From: Octopus vulgaris
Taxonomy: Eukaryota
Direction of reading: 5' to 3'
Length of the DNA stretch: 64,000 nucleotides
Assembly: GCA_951406725.2 (NCBI GenBank)
Contig: OX597814.1
Span: 189,658,001-189,722,000, forward strand
Shown piece by piece: positions 32,100 through 45,204 of this stretch; position 1 is the stretch's first letter, and each line of letters begins with the position of its first letter. Below the pieces are notes generated by a model. The model made no database searches and was not told where the DNA came from. It saw only the letters and a program-made list of their open reading frames with translations. The position numbers and the translations under genes are program-made.

Positions 32100-32960
32100 A
32101 ACATGAGAAAAATACAATACAATACAATTTTTAAAAGAGCATGAGGGGGAAGCAGAAGAGAAATCGGATATAGACATTAATTATAAAACAAGTGGTTAGA
32201 AACTACTGATAAATAGAGTGATTGGGGAAAATTGGATGTGTTAATACACTAGGGTATACTAATATGAGTTAGAACCACATGGGTGTCGACTGAAACAAAT
32301 ATCTTCTAAGGTGACGATCAAAAGTAAATACAGAGCGGCAATAGCGGAGATTCAAAAGAATGAAATCGGTTAAAAGGTTATGAGGATACGAGTACTATCG
32401 AAGCTTATCGTTCGAATGTAAACTCAGCGAAGTATTCCCCAGGAATTACCAATCATAGGTAATATAATAATCCTAAAGCAGGTAAATTTTGGCAATATAA
32501 AAAAATAATTACAGTATAGAATAGAAAAGAATAAATTACAGTAATGCATCACTCCAGTAAAACTCATAATAATAAGAAGATAAGATACAAGGCTAGAAAC
32601 CATTGTTGCTTGGTTTTAAATGTAAAGACTGGAAAGCAGTATGCACCTTTCAAATTTTAGAAGTAAATCGCTGAAATGCAGGGAGACCGCTGGAGAGTAA
32701 GAAATTTGACCTGAGATGTTAAAAGACTTAAATAGATAAGGTATTCTTTGGTTGACTCGTATATGCCAGATGGTTTAGACTTCTGGAAAGGCACTAAATC
32801 AATGGAAATCTGGGCTTATAATCTTAAATTTTTAAGAGACAGACAAGAGAGATTTCTCTAATAATAGAGGAATCCTCCTTGTTGAGTATTTCCGGTAAAA
32901 TCTTTGCTAGCTGCCTGGAAAGGACAAAATTGTCGAAGATTACGGAAGGACAATGTAGCT
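32100..32960 (+). pseudogene. RTE-clade LINE RT remnant
   Basis: Frame-shifted LKCRETAGE*EI*PEMLKDLNR*GILWLTRICQ...NNRGI/SLLSISGKIFASCLER; left boundary approximate. Confidence 0.65.
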
Positions 32961-33844
32961 CTCATCTTTGACACACTACAACCGGCTAGATGGCCTAGTG
33001 GTTAGAGCAGCGGACTGGCGGTCGAGGGATCGCGGGCTCGAGTCTCTGACCGGGCATGTGTGTGTTTATGAGCGAAACACCTAACATCCACGCGGCTCCG
33101 AACTTTCGCCACAATTTCTCTCACTCTTTCCTCCTGCATCTTGCAGCTCACCGGCGACGGACCGGCGTCCCGTCCAGGTGGGGAACCTATACGCCAAGAA
33201 ACCAGGAAACCGGCCCTTATGAGCTAGGCATGGCCCGAGAAGGAACAAACAAAAACAATAGATTCAGTAATAAAAGAAAATGTATAAGTTTGAAATGGAA
33301 AATCGACCCCAGTGAGATCTCAAAGAAGTACATTGCAAAAAAAAAAAAAAAAAATAGACCTAATTTCTATTTTAATCTCAATATAAGACATTTAAGGTCG
33401 GGGCAGTAAAACCTCTTCCTCTTCCTCTTTTTCAAGAAATAAAAAAAGACACATACTCGGTGCACATCAGTAACTTTGGACACTTCTAAACCTCGATTTC
33501 TTTCTTGATGCTCTAAACCCAATTTCTTTAAAATAGAAAAATAAAAATCAATCTATATTTCGAAAATGCTACAAAATGAAACGGAGAAAAAGAAAATGAC
33601 AAAAGGAGAAGTGAAAGACATAATGGGAAGGAAAAAAAAGTTAATAAGTAAATAAAACTAACAAATAAATAAATAAATAAATGAATAAATAAAACACAGA
33701 TCGTATCAATAATGGATGACAACCAGTGAACTAAAACTACGAATTTAATAAAATGAAACACACACACACATATATATATATTTACGTATGTTTGTATGTA
33801 TAAACACATGCACACATATATACATATGTATGTATCTGTGTGTG

Positions 33845-33923
<79 letters not shown>

Positions 33924-33984
33924 GAGGGAGAGAGGGGGCTGACAGACAGACAGATAGACATAGATAGATAGATAGATGTAGATA

Positions 33985-34034
<50 letters not shown>

Positions 34035-35076
34035 CACATGTATACATTCATAAATACATACATATGTGCTGTGTGTGTGTTCGTGTGTGTGTGTGTGTGT
34101 GCGCGTGTGTATAAAGGAAATTGATAGAAAATAGATAAAAGAAACAATACAGGTAATGACAAATGAGTGAAATTTATTAAAAACAAAACAAAAGATGCGT
34201 TGCAAAGAAACATAAAAGAAAAAAATAAGAATGGAAATAGAAATACCATAAAAATGGAATGGAGAGATGAAAACGAAAATGAAACGAAACACGAGGAACG
34301 AACAAATGAAAAAAGTAAGTGAAGGAAAGTAAACGAAAAACTTATAATATATATATACATATATATTTATATATTTATTTATTTCTATATTTATTTATTT
34401 ATTTATATAAAGAAATGAGAGAAGATACAATAAAAATTTGTTGAAATTGAAAGAAAATTCTAGATTAATGCTGTAAAGAAAAAATATTGCTGTGTAAAAT
34501 ACATATATACACTTATAGAAATATATGATAAATAATGTGCAGATTACATGTGTATATACGTGCATACATGTGAGTGATTATATACACCTATTCCTATATA
34601 GAAATATAGATACATATATACATACATGAATACATATGTATATATGTGTATGTCTCTATATATCCATGTGTGTGCATTGTATGATGCATATGTGTGTATG
34701 TCTGTGTATATATTCAGTTGTTCTTGTTCTTAAGTAGACTGATCGGTGACTAAATGCTGCCCTTTTTCTATGCTGGGATTTCATAGATAATAAGAAGGGA
34801 TGGCACCCGGCAGAAAATAAAATGATTACAAGCATGAGAACTTAAGGATCCCATATGCAGGTGATGAGATTGGTGGCACTAGGATTACCAATTGCAACGG
34901 AACTCTTGTATAGAAGTAACCAAAACGTTTAATTCTATATTCGTCCAGTCAATAACCGAAGTCCAAGAGAGATAGAACAGTTTATCAAAAAATTTCTGGT
35001 GCAAAAACACTATGGCAATATTTAAATTTATATTCATGTTTATTTGTTTATTGGTGTATGTATGTATGTACGTATG

Positions 35077-35110
<34 letters not shown>

Positions 35111-35172
35111 TGTATGTATGTATGTATGTATGTATGTATGTATGTATAAAGGTATGTGTGTGTGTATGTGTG

Positions 35173-35421
35173 TGGAGACGCGTGGCTTAGTGGTTAGGGT
35201 GTCAGCATCATGATCGTAAGATTGTGGTTTCGATTCCTGGGCCGTGCGACACGTTGTGTTCTTGAGCAAAATACTTCATTTCACGTTGCCCCAGTCCACT
35301 CAGCTGGCAAAAATGAGTAACGCTGTGATGGACTGGCGTCCCATCCAGCTTGGGAACGCATACGCCATGGAAACCTGGAAACCGGGCCCATTAGCCTGGA
35401 TAGGCTTTAAAAGGGCGCATT
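35173..35421 (+). mobile_element. tRNA-derived SINE family D (second copy 40603-40851, nested in a family A copy)
   Basis: GGAGACGCGTGGCTTAGTGGTTAGGG..GGTTTCGATTCC..CTTGAGCAAAA. Confidence 0.78.
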
Positions 35422-37502
35422 TATTCATTATATATATTACATTAAAATTACTGCTACATACGAAGAATATAGAAATATCAAAATGAGAAAAATGAAATGA
35501 CCTTCATTTAATGCAGAGAATCGACGAAGAAATTTGAAATAAGAGGTAAAACAGAAGATAACTTGAGTAGTGGCAATTATATCCTTAATAAAGTAGAAAT
35601 AAAGGTTAAGCATAAATGTTCAGAATTTTATAAACGCCATGTTTCCCCTTAGATGTAACTACTTAGTACCCAACGTTACCTAGAGATAACGTTTGATAAC
35701 ATTGGCATTAACTAAGGCCAATGCATTAGTTAATGCCTAATTCTTTTAAATAACGTTACAACTTGCATACACACAGTTTTAGAAATACAAGATGATGTAT
35801 TTCAACAAGATTAACTTAGTGTATATTTAATTTTAACTTCTTGAATACAAAATACGAACTACACTGGGCTATCATAGCAATGCACTGGAATCATGAAAGA
35901 ATGCAGGCGTTTGCTCTACTGAAAAATTTCCTATTTTATTATATTGCTTAATCTGAAACGATTGCTTTCACTCATAGACACATATAATTTTAAGATAGTT
36001 TAAGTTTTATAAATACAATTATGCCCAGATAAAATTGTAAATAACAGCCGCCTGCAATTGTTTGATTGATTCTTAGTTTATTGCATATAACTATAATTTC
36101 ATAGACATATCACTGCTCACTGCTATAAGAATATAGAAACTTTTAAAATAATGATAGTTTAAAATTACTTCATTCCCACAATATAGCAGCAAATTTATCG
36201 GTGTGAGTGTGTGTGTATAATCGTGTAAAAATAGATGTGAACAGAGTGTGTATTGTGTACTAGAACCCACACAAACTATTATCGATGCTTGATTGTACAT
36301 GCTGAAATGTGCGTATATATATATCACAAAGCGTTAGCGCGAAGCAGTGTTTAGGTATGAGCAGAATTTAGGCTAGTTGAAATATGTTTGTCACATATTT
36401 CGACTGCTAAAGACAAATACACTGCAGGTTCCGTAGAGAAAAATCTCTCTAACGGTAAAAAGGCGTGAAAACTCCCGGTTCAATCAGTGTCGCCATCTAT
36501 TACGAATCCTAGACATCGATGTTAGAGATTTTTGACTTTTGTCAATGAGTTGTATCTAAGAGAGGCTGAAGGAACTTAATAAAGCCGTAGCTTTATATAT
36601 AATTCAGTCAACACGTTCACACACACACACATATATATATATACAAATATATACAAATATATACAAGATATACAACGGTCTGGAAATAGAAGTGCTCCAA
36701 TGAGCTGTATACACTTTCTTATGCAAGGGGAGGCAATGCGAGCAACAACCACAGGAACATCACAAAATTCAAAGATAGACCAAACACATACAAATCTTAT
36801 ATACTAATTTATATCTAAACAGTCCGACATTTTAAAAGATTTTTAAAATTCAGTAATATATAAGTATCATATACACATAAAAATATAAATATAAATATAA
36901 AATTTGCATATAACACGCTTAAAACTGTTAGAATAAGAGAAATAAATAGAATGATAATAAAATAAAAATATCGCATATCAAAAGACGAATAAAATTCCGG
37001 TGAATAGTACATGGAATATAATACATATACAAGCGTACAAAAATACAAGATATACAGAAGTTCATCTACGAGCCGTTTATTGCTTTTTCTATTTCTAAAT
37101 TTCCTATGGAACGTCGAGGGGATCTTATGCGTACACGCCGGTATTGCATCAGTGAACTTATTTAACACTGCGTTGTTGTAATTTTTCAATATAGTATATA
37201 CCTCCCTTATGCATAAACCGCATCTAGTGGACTCGAACCTGAATATGTGGCTTTGCATGTATGTGAGAATTTATAAAATTGAAATAAAATAAAATAAAAT
37301 AAAATAAATTAAGTGCTGAAGTCAAATGGTCCAGATGGCGCTGTGTGCATACAATTTACTATGGCGAATTGTATGCGTATAAAGTTCCATTCAGGATCGA
37401 CGAGAAAAATTTTTGGGAGTACGTAAATGCTGTGTTCTGAGAATGGACGGTATGTGATTGTGTATTTGTGTATTTGTTCATGTTTTATATGTGTTCTATA
37501 TG

Positions 37503-37576
37503 ACATCCTGATGAGGGGAGTGCCTATGTTATGTACCGATATGTCTAATATTAATTGGCACATCCCCGAAATATGT
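37503..37576 (+). ncRNA. HHR remnant lacking stem III
   Basis: acatc-CTGATGA-ggggagtgcc...ggcacatcccc-GAAA-tatgt; strong stem II, stem III apparently deleted. Confidence 0.5.
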
Positions 37577-37840
37577 TAACCTTTATAGTATAAACTCATA
37601 AAGCCCTTACGACCAATTCTTAGCATATGAACCTACCCAAATGCTTAGAATTACTAATCACTTGGGAGCATGGACCGAAACATATATGCAGGTATTTGCC
37701 AACTGCCTTTTATTTTAGAGCTTTATAATTTACAATTCATTTGTATTGTTTTTATGCAAAGTTTTTTCAACCTCATTACATCATACAATAAAATTATTTA
37801 GACGTCAATAATTCTCCTTTTTCTTCCTTTCATCATTATT

Positions 37841-37876
<36 letters not shown>

Positions 37877-37901
37877 GTATATATGTGTATATGTATATAT
37901 G

Positions 37902-37968
<67 letters not shown>

Positions 37969-38693
37969 AAAAATTAAAAAAGGAAAATACGCACACTTAA
38001 AACTATGTAAGTGTGCGTATTTTCCTTTTTTAATTTTTTAATTTTTTAAAATTCTTATATACGATACAACTCACCACGTGGGGTAATCGAAATTCCTCTT
38101 TTCTGCTACTACTACTATATATATATATATATATACATATATATATAAAGTCCAAATAAACGTACAGCTAATGCCAAGTCGCATAAATTCTTCATTTACT
38201 AGATTTGGACTTGAAAATATATCTGTAACGGCTTTATATATTTATATTTATTGATGCAAAAATGTACGTATAATTTTTTGCATACTGTAATTAATACTTC
38301 AAGAAGATTACAAAGAAGCCGTATCATATGAAAGTCATAAAGAAAAATAATCTTCACCTATCACACTTGGCTTTATGCTTTATGTACACACTCAGGTATA
38401 TAAATGTATAAAGCATCTAGAGAGGTGTTTTTAAAGTCCAAATCTAATAAATGAAGAATCTATGCGACTTGGCATTAACCTCGTTATAAAGAATAAAACC
38501 AAAGATAAATAAAAATATAGAAGAAATATAAAAAAATATATAAAAATACGTATAAAATTACTTATAAATAAAATTAACTCTTAAGGAGTTATGCGTGATA
38601 AATATTAGAGGTGCAAAACGAATAAGAGGTTGATAAATATAGAAATAAAAACGTCAACCTTCAATAGTACGATGAAGTTTACCAAGCTGGGTA

Positions 38694-38780
38694 CCATCCT
38701 GGTGAAAGTGATATTGCATATATGGAGTATTTAATTTTTAACCATGATCGGTAATGTACCCCTGAAACGGCCGTAGATGG
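38694..38780 (+). ncRNA. Type I hammerhead ribozyme (A6 to G variant)
   Basis: ccatc-CTGGTGA-...-GAAA-cggcc-GTA-gatgg; 5-bp stem I, palindromic ACGGCCGT stem III. Confidence 0.65.
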
Positions 38781-38938
38781 AACATCCTCCAATTTTTGGT
38801 TCCTATTTTATTTATCTTTTTCTTAACCTTGACACCTAGTATTATTTTTATCTTATATTTGATAAGGGATTTTTAGCCGATTTAGGCGGTTTGCCATTCT
38901 GAAGGTTAACGTTTTTATTCCTATATTTAAGCATACAA

Positions 38939-39394
38939 TAGGCGCAGGAGTGGCTGTGTGGTAAGTAGCTTGTTATAGGCGCAGGAGTGGTCTGTGTGAT
39001 AAGTAGCTTGCTTACCAACCACATGGTTCCGGGTTCAGTACCACTGCGTGAAACCTTGGCCAAGTGTTTTCTCCAATAGCCTCGGGTCGACCAAAGCCTT
39101 GTGAGTGGATTTCGTAGACGGAAACTGAAAGAAGCTCGTCGTATATATAAATGTATATGTGTATATGTGTATATATGTTTGTGTGTCTGCGTTTGCCCCC
39201 CCTCCCAACATCTCTTGACAACCGATGCTGGTGTGTTTACGTCCCCGTAGCTTAGCGGTTCGGCAAAAAGAGACGGGTAGAATAAATACTAGGCTTCCAA
39301 AGAATAAGTCCTGGGGTCGATTTGCTTGACTAAAGGCGATGCTCCAGTTTGGCCGCAGTCAAATGACTGAAACAAGTAAAAGAACAAAAAGAGT
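38939..39394 (+). mobile_element. SINE family A with duplicated 5' head
   Basis: ataggcgcaggagtgg..aagtagcttg occurs twice, followed by the full body. Confidence 0.85.
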
Positions 39395-40001
39395 ATACGT
39401 ACATATGTATATGTATGTGTGTATGTGTGTGCGCACGTATGTATGTATGCATGCATGTATATACTATTTTACATCGTATGTATTTAATTTATGCAATTAC
39501 TTTAAACCATGATATGTTCTACTCTTTTATCTTTTTTTGTATATATCAACATCTCTTGACATCCCGAGATAGGCTAGCATAATTGTCGTTCTGAGAACGC
39601 CTATTCTGGCTGAAACTATACTGTAATTTGTAGCTATCCCTTAATCACTAGCTATTTCGTAATCTTTACATACTCTTGTTCTTTTTCTTAATGGCATATC
39701 ATCTTTGGTGAATTGGTTCTTTGGTGATTATTTCATCATCTCATATGGAGCAGTTCTCAACTGCCATTTCGTAATTGAGACACATTCTCTAGAGACGGTG
39801 AAAATTTGAATAAATCAAGAGTTTATGCGGCCTGACATTAGCTGTACGTTTATTTCTCTCCCTATCCTCTCTCCCCTCTTCTCATTCTCTCTCATTTCTC
39901 TTTCTCTCTCTCTCTCTCTCTCCTATATATATATATACCGCGTGTGTACCGTTGGCGATTTTTTTCCTCCGTATTCCCTTCCTTGGATCTTTCCTTTTCC
40001 T

Positions 40002-40038
40002 ATGTTTCTGACGAAGAGCTCCGCTCGAAACGTTACAT
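40002..40038 (+). ncRNA. Minimal hammerhead ribozyme
   Basis: atgttt-CTGACGA-agagc tcc gctc-GAAA-cg-TT-acat; palindromic AACGTT. Confidence 0.62.
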
Positions 40039-40159
40039 CCACCTTCTTTCTTTCCTTTCCTGAGCGTCCAACAACACTATCTATATATATATGCATACTA
40101 TAACTAAGGGTATCTGCGTGGCACCTTGGGCAAGTATCTTCTCCTATAGCCTTGTTTTA

Positions 40160-40214
<55 letters not shown>

Positions 40215-41285
40215 CGTAAGTATGTATGTATGTATGTATGTATGTGTGTATGTATGTATCTGTGTTTGTTCCCTCACCATTGCTTGACAATCGATGCTAG
40301 TGTGTTTACGTTCCCGAAAGTTAGTGTTTCGGAAAATTGACCGATAGAATAAGTATTAGACTTACAAAGAATAAGTCCTGGGGTCGACTTGTTCGTTACA
40401 GGCGGCCCTCCAGCATGGACGCTGTCAAATGACTAAAACAAGGATATATATATATTTTTTATTCTTTTATTCTTTCACTTGTTTCAGTCGTTTGACTGCG
40501 GCCATGTTGGAGCACGGCCTTAAAGGGTTTTAGTCGAACAAATCGACCCCGGGACTTATTCTTTGTAAGCCTACTATTTATTCTGTCATTCTCTTTTGCC
40601 GAGTGGAGGCGCGTGGCTTAGTGTTTAGGGTGTTAGCACCATGATTGTAAGATTGTGGTTTCGATTCCTGGACCGGGTGACGCGTTGTGTTCTTGAGCAA
40701 AACACTTCATTTCACGTTGCTCCAGCCCACTCAGCTGGCAAAAATGAGTAACATTGCGATGGACTGGCATCCCGTCCAGCTGGGGAACACATACGCCATA
40801 GAAACCGGAAAACCGGGCCCATGAGCCTAGCTAGGCTTAAAAAGGGCGCATTTATTATTATTATTATTTTCTTTTCTCTTTTGCCGAACCGATTTTCAGG
40901 TGATGGTGGAGGAACAAACTAAGACACATAATCATAGGCACATAAATATATACATATACATATATACGACGGGCTTCTTTCAGTTTTCTGTCTACCAAAT
41001 CCACTCACAAGTCTTTGGTCGGCTCAAGAATCTCATATATTCTTGTATTTCGTATATGTATCAACATATGTATGCAATGATCATACGCATCACGCAGTCA
41101 CACACACACACATATTCGCGCCTGCGTGCACATACACATCCCAACACATGTGAAACATGGAGGAAAATGCATAAACAAAGCATTCTTTACGTTTGGAACG
41201 GCATTTTTGAACAAGTAAAACATCTAAAATTAGCAAGAACAGGTTTAGGAATACATTTGTCACCGTCATTGACACCGTCACATTA

Positions 41286-41427
41286 GTTGTAGCAGCAGCA
41301 GCATTGGTAGTTGTAGTAGTAGTAGTTATAGTAGTGGTGGTGGTGGTCTTGGTGATGGTGGTGGTGATGATGATGGTGGTGGTGGTGGTGATGTTGTTGT
41401 TGGAAGTATTAGTATTAGTAGAAGTAT

Positions 41428-41461
<34 letters not shown>

Positions 41462-41728
41462 GGTGGTAGTAGTAGAAGTATTAGTAGTAATAGTAGTAGT
41501 AGTAGTGGTGATGGTAGTAGAAGTATTGGTGGTGGTAGTAGTATTAGTAGTGGTAGTGGTGTGGTAGTAGTAGTAGTAGTAGTATTAGTAGTAGTGTTGG
41601 TGCTGGTGCTATTAGTAGTAGCAGTAGTAGTAGTAGTAGTAGTAGCAGCAGCAGCAGCAGAAGTAGTAGTAGTAGTAGAAGTGGTGTTGGTGTTGGTAGT
41701 AGTAGTAGTAGTAGTAGTAGTGGTAATG

Positions 41729-41785
<57 letters not shown>

Positions 41786-42030
41786 ACTATAAAAATTTTA
41801 CTTCTAACTGCGAAGTTACTTAAGAGTGCAATACTGGAAACGTTCAAAAAAGCAGCAGCAGCCGCAATAACCATCCATGTCAGTACCATAGCTGAATTCA
41901 CTACCACCACCACCACCACCACTACCACAACCACTACTACTACTACTACTAATACCACTATCACTACAGCCGCTTCTGTTACTACCACTATTGCTACTAG
42001 TATAACTGCTGCAGCTACTACTACTGCTGC
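41286..42030. repeat. (GTA)n/(GTG)n triplet field followed by (ACT)n/(ACC)n
   Basis: Long compound triplet repeats; a similar field lies at 49917-50230. Confidence 0.92.
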
Positions 42031-42524
42031 TAGTATTGCTGTTCTTTCCGCTTGCTCATGCAGCTAATACAGCCACCACCCACACCGTCCTCACCACCAC
42101 AGCCTCCACCTCCATCACCATCAATAATATTGATTAGTAAAACACAGTAAGAAATCTGGATTTAATTGCTTTTCGCAACTATTGTGTTTTTGTTTCTTCT
42201 TTTATTTTTGTTTGTATGTTTGATTTTGTTTTATTTATTATTTTATTTATTATTTTTTTTACTTCAACGAACCGAGACTAACCAGATTTCTTCGATTTCT
42301 GGTTCTTGTTCAAGATATTTCACACTCGATTTGGACGGTGGTTGTCCTTGGCAACCGCATGAACATCACAACAACCTACTGCTTTTCTCCATTTTTAATC
42401 TATAACGTAAATTGCTTTTATTTTTGTTTCTTTTATTTAGGGTAGGGTTATAATATTTTTTTATTTTCCTGTTTTGTTATGTTGTTGTTGTTTTTCTAGT
42501 TTCTTACCTATATTTCTACTTGCT

Positions 42525-43340
42525 AAGGCAGTGAGCAGGCAGAAACGCTAGCACACCGGGCGAAATGCTTAGCAGTATTTCATCTGCGGCTACGTTCTGA
42601 GTTCAAATTCCGCCGAGGTCGACTTTGCCTTTCATCCTTTCGGGGTTGATAAATTAAGTACCAGTTACGCACAGGGGTCGATGTAATCAACTTAATCCAT
42701 TTGTCTGTCCTTGTTTGTCCCCTCTATGTTTAGCCCCTTGTGGGCAATAAACAAATAAGAAACGTTGGCACGCCTGGCGAAATGCTTAGCGGTATTTCGT
42801 CTGCGGCTACGTTCTAAGTTCAAATTCCGCCGTGGTCGACTTTGCCTTAAATCCTTTCGAGGTCGATTAAATAAGTACCACTTACGCACTGGAGTCGATA
42901 TAATCGACTTAATCTGTTTGTCTATCCTTGTTTGTCCTCTCTCTGTGTTTAGCCCCTTGTGGGTAGTAAAGAAATACGTACTTCGTCTGTCTTTACTTTC
43001 TGAGTTCAAATTCCGCCGAGGTTGACTTTGTCTTTCATCCTTTCGGGGTTGATAAATTAAGTACAGTTACGCATTGCTGTCGATGTAATCCTTTTGACTG
43101 TCCTTGTTTGTTCCCTCTTGTGGGCAATAAAGAAATAAGAAACGTTACTGCATCAAAAACAAAATGCTTAACGGAATTTCAGCAGACTTTACGTTCGGAG
43201 TTCAAATCCCACCGAGATCAACTTTGCTTATCATCCTTCCGAGGTCGATAAAATATAGTCCCTAGAAAGCACTGAAGTCGATATAACTGAGTTGCAACTG
43301 GCCCCAAAAATTATTGGCCCTCTGCCAAAATTTGTAACCA
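42525..43340 (+). mobile_element. Tandem array of about four SINE family B units
   Basis: Head-to-tail family B cores; also at 46070-46260 (TSD tggtataaaggctt) and 48027-48442. Confidence 0.82.
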
Positions 43341-43944
43341 AATATTTCCGTTTCTCGGTGATGTAAGGATTGATGTATTCAGGGTCATGTGACGGTTCTT
43401 CTTGACGCTGTTATGCTGGTTGTGTCCTTTCATGCACATTTTGTAGTTTTATGAGAAACACTTTTTATCCCCACAGCTTGTTATATGCCAGTCTGCACTT
43501 TCCTGCCTTCAAATCTCATAAAGTGGAGGCACATGACCTAGTGGTTAGAGCAGCGGACTCGCGGTCGATTGATAGCGGGTTCGAATCTCAGACTGGGCGA
43601 TGTGTGTGTTTATGAACGAAACACCTAAGTTCCACGCGGCGCCGGCGGAAGGTAATGGTGAACTTCTGCTGACTCTTTCGCCACAACTTTCTCTCACTAT
43701 TTCCTCATGCATCTTGCAGCTCACCTGCGAGGGACCGGCGTCCCGACCAGGTTTGCGAACCTATGCGCCAAGGAAACCGGGAAACCGGCCCTAATGAGCC
43801 AGGCGTGGCTCGAACAGGAACAAACAAATCTCATAAAAGTTGATTTAACCTTTCATCTCCCGGTTTTTGTTAATTTTGATTTATTTTATTTTATTACTTA
43901 AGGAAGCTAAATTGAAACTGTCGAACCTTTTAGTTTTAATGTTC

Positions 43945-44720
43945 TCTGTCTCGGGCTTCGATGGGGGTCAACTCGCTAGCTTACACCGAAGAACATTCGG
44001 GCCAGGGCCTATGGGTAATTACCAGAAGTCCCTGTCATGGCAGTGTAAGAGAGGTGCTTTACCTGTTCGAGATAAGCTCTTTAGGCATGGTTCTTCGTCC
44101 TCGCCGACTCGTCCAAGATGCAAGCAGGATAGTAAAACTGTTCTGGACGCAATTGTACAATGTCCGAAGATTTCGCAACTCTGGGCTTATGTCGAACACC
44201 TGCTGTCACATTTCAGAAGAGTACAACTATCGACCGAATCTATAATTAAGATTGTTCCGCCGCCCTCCCTGAATAGGGAAAAGTAGGCTTGTTTTCTCTC
44301 GGTAGTAGCTATCGCGAAAGAGGTAGTATGGAAGACGAGTGTGAACGGGATCGTGACAGGCATTTTTATCTCCAGTTAACTTTTTCCTTTTCCACATGAA
44401 AAGAAAATAAGGCTGGAGAAGAAATGCCTGTCGCACGGTGTGTTTCGGAAAAGACAGAAGTCTGTAGCAAGTATGTTGAGAGTGAAAGAACCTGTTTAAG
44501 CGAGAACATAAAAAGGTAAAATAAAGTCTCCAGTGTGAGAACGTGGTTTGTGGGGTCAACCACCTCCTTCCGCTTCACTTTTGTTAACCATCCGTTTATT
44601 TTATCATTATTTTTTTTGGGGGGGGGGGATTTTTAACGGTCATCCTTCACTCTGTTACTCTCATTCGATCCCTGACCCGTTGTCTGTTTGTCTGTCCTTG
44701 CTTCGTCCTCTCTTCATTTA
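43945..44720 (+). pseudogene. Tx1/L1-clade LINE ORF2 C-terminal remnant
   Basis: LSWQCKRGALPVRDKLFRHG..PRCKQDSKTVLDAIVQCP..LWAYV (decayed zf-RVT/CCHC region). Confidence 0.7.
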
Positions 44721-44804
44721 AACCTGTATTTGGTGAATAAAGAAGAGTTTTAATGTTTCCTTCAGAGCATAAGTTCAAATTCCGCTGAGGTCACTTTGCT
44801 TTCA

Positions 44805-45204
44805 GGATCTTTTCGGTTTGAATGGCAGTTTTTCTAGCGGTGTCATATGAAATTCTCACCCATAATTATGACCCTAGTATCGATCTATTGCATTTCAATC
44901 TGTTTTAGGGTTAGGGTTAGGGTTAGGGGTTGGGGGAAGGGTATCTTTCTTCTTCAGAAATGTAAATAAACCCAATCTGTTTCTTAAACGAGGGACATAT
45001 TCATACGGCACAGAATGTTTTCACCTCAATAGACGTCATTTATTGGTTGAAATTGCATAAATTGAAGAAAAAACAACACATATCTTACATACTATAGAAT
45101 TTTTTCAATAAAGCCAAGAGAAAAAGATGTTTTATAAACACATTCTACCAGTATACGAAGTTGGGAATTATTTTAAAAAACTGCCGTTCAAACCGAAAAG
45201 ATCC
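44805..45204. mobile_element. 400-bp MITE with 30-bp TIRs, 8-bp TSD and internal (TTAGGG)4
   Basis: TIR ggatcttttcggtttgaatggcagtttttt / aaaaaactgccgttcaaaccgaaaagatcc; TSD tgctttca at 44797-44804 and 45205-45212; splits a SINE. Confidence 0.88.

Noticed and set aside
44905-44928. True telomere or chromosome fusion site
   Set aside because: Only four units, internal to a TIR element with a TSD.
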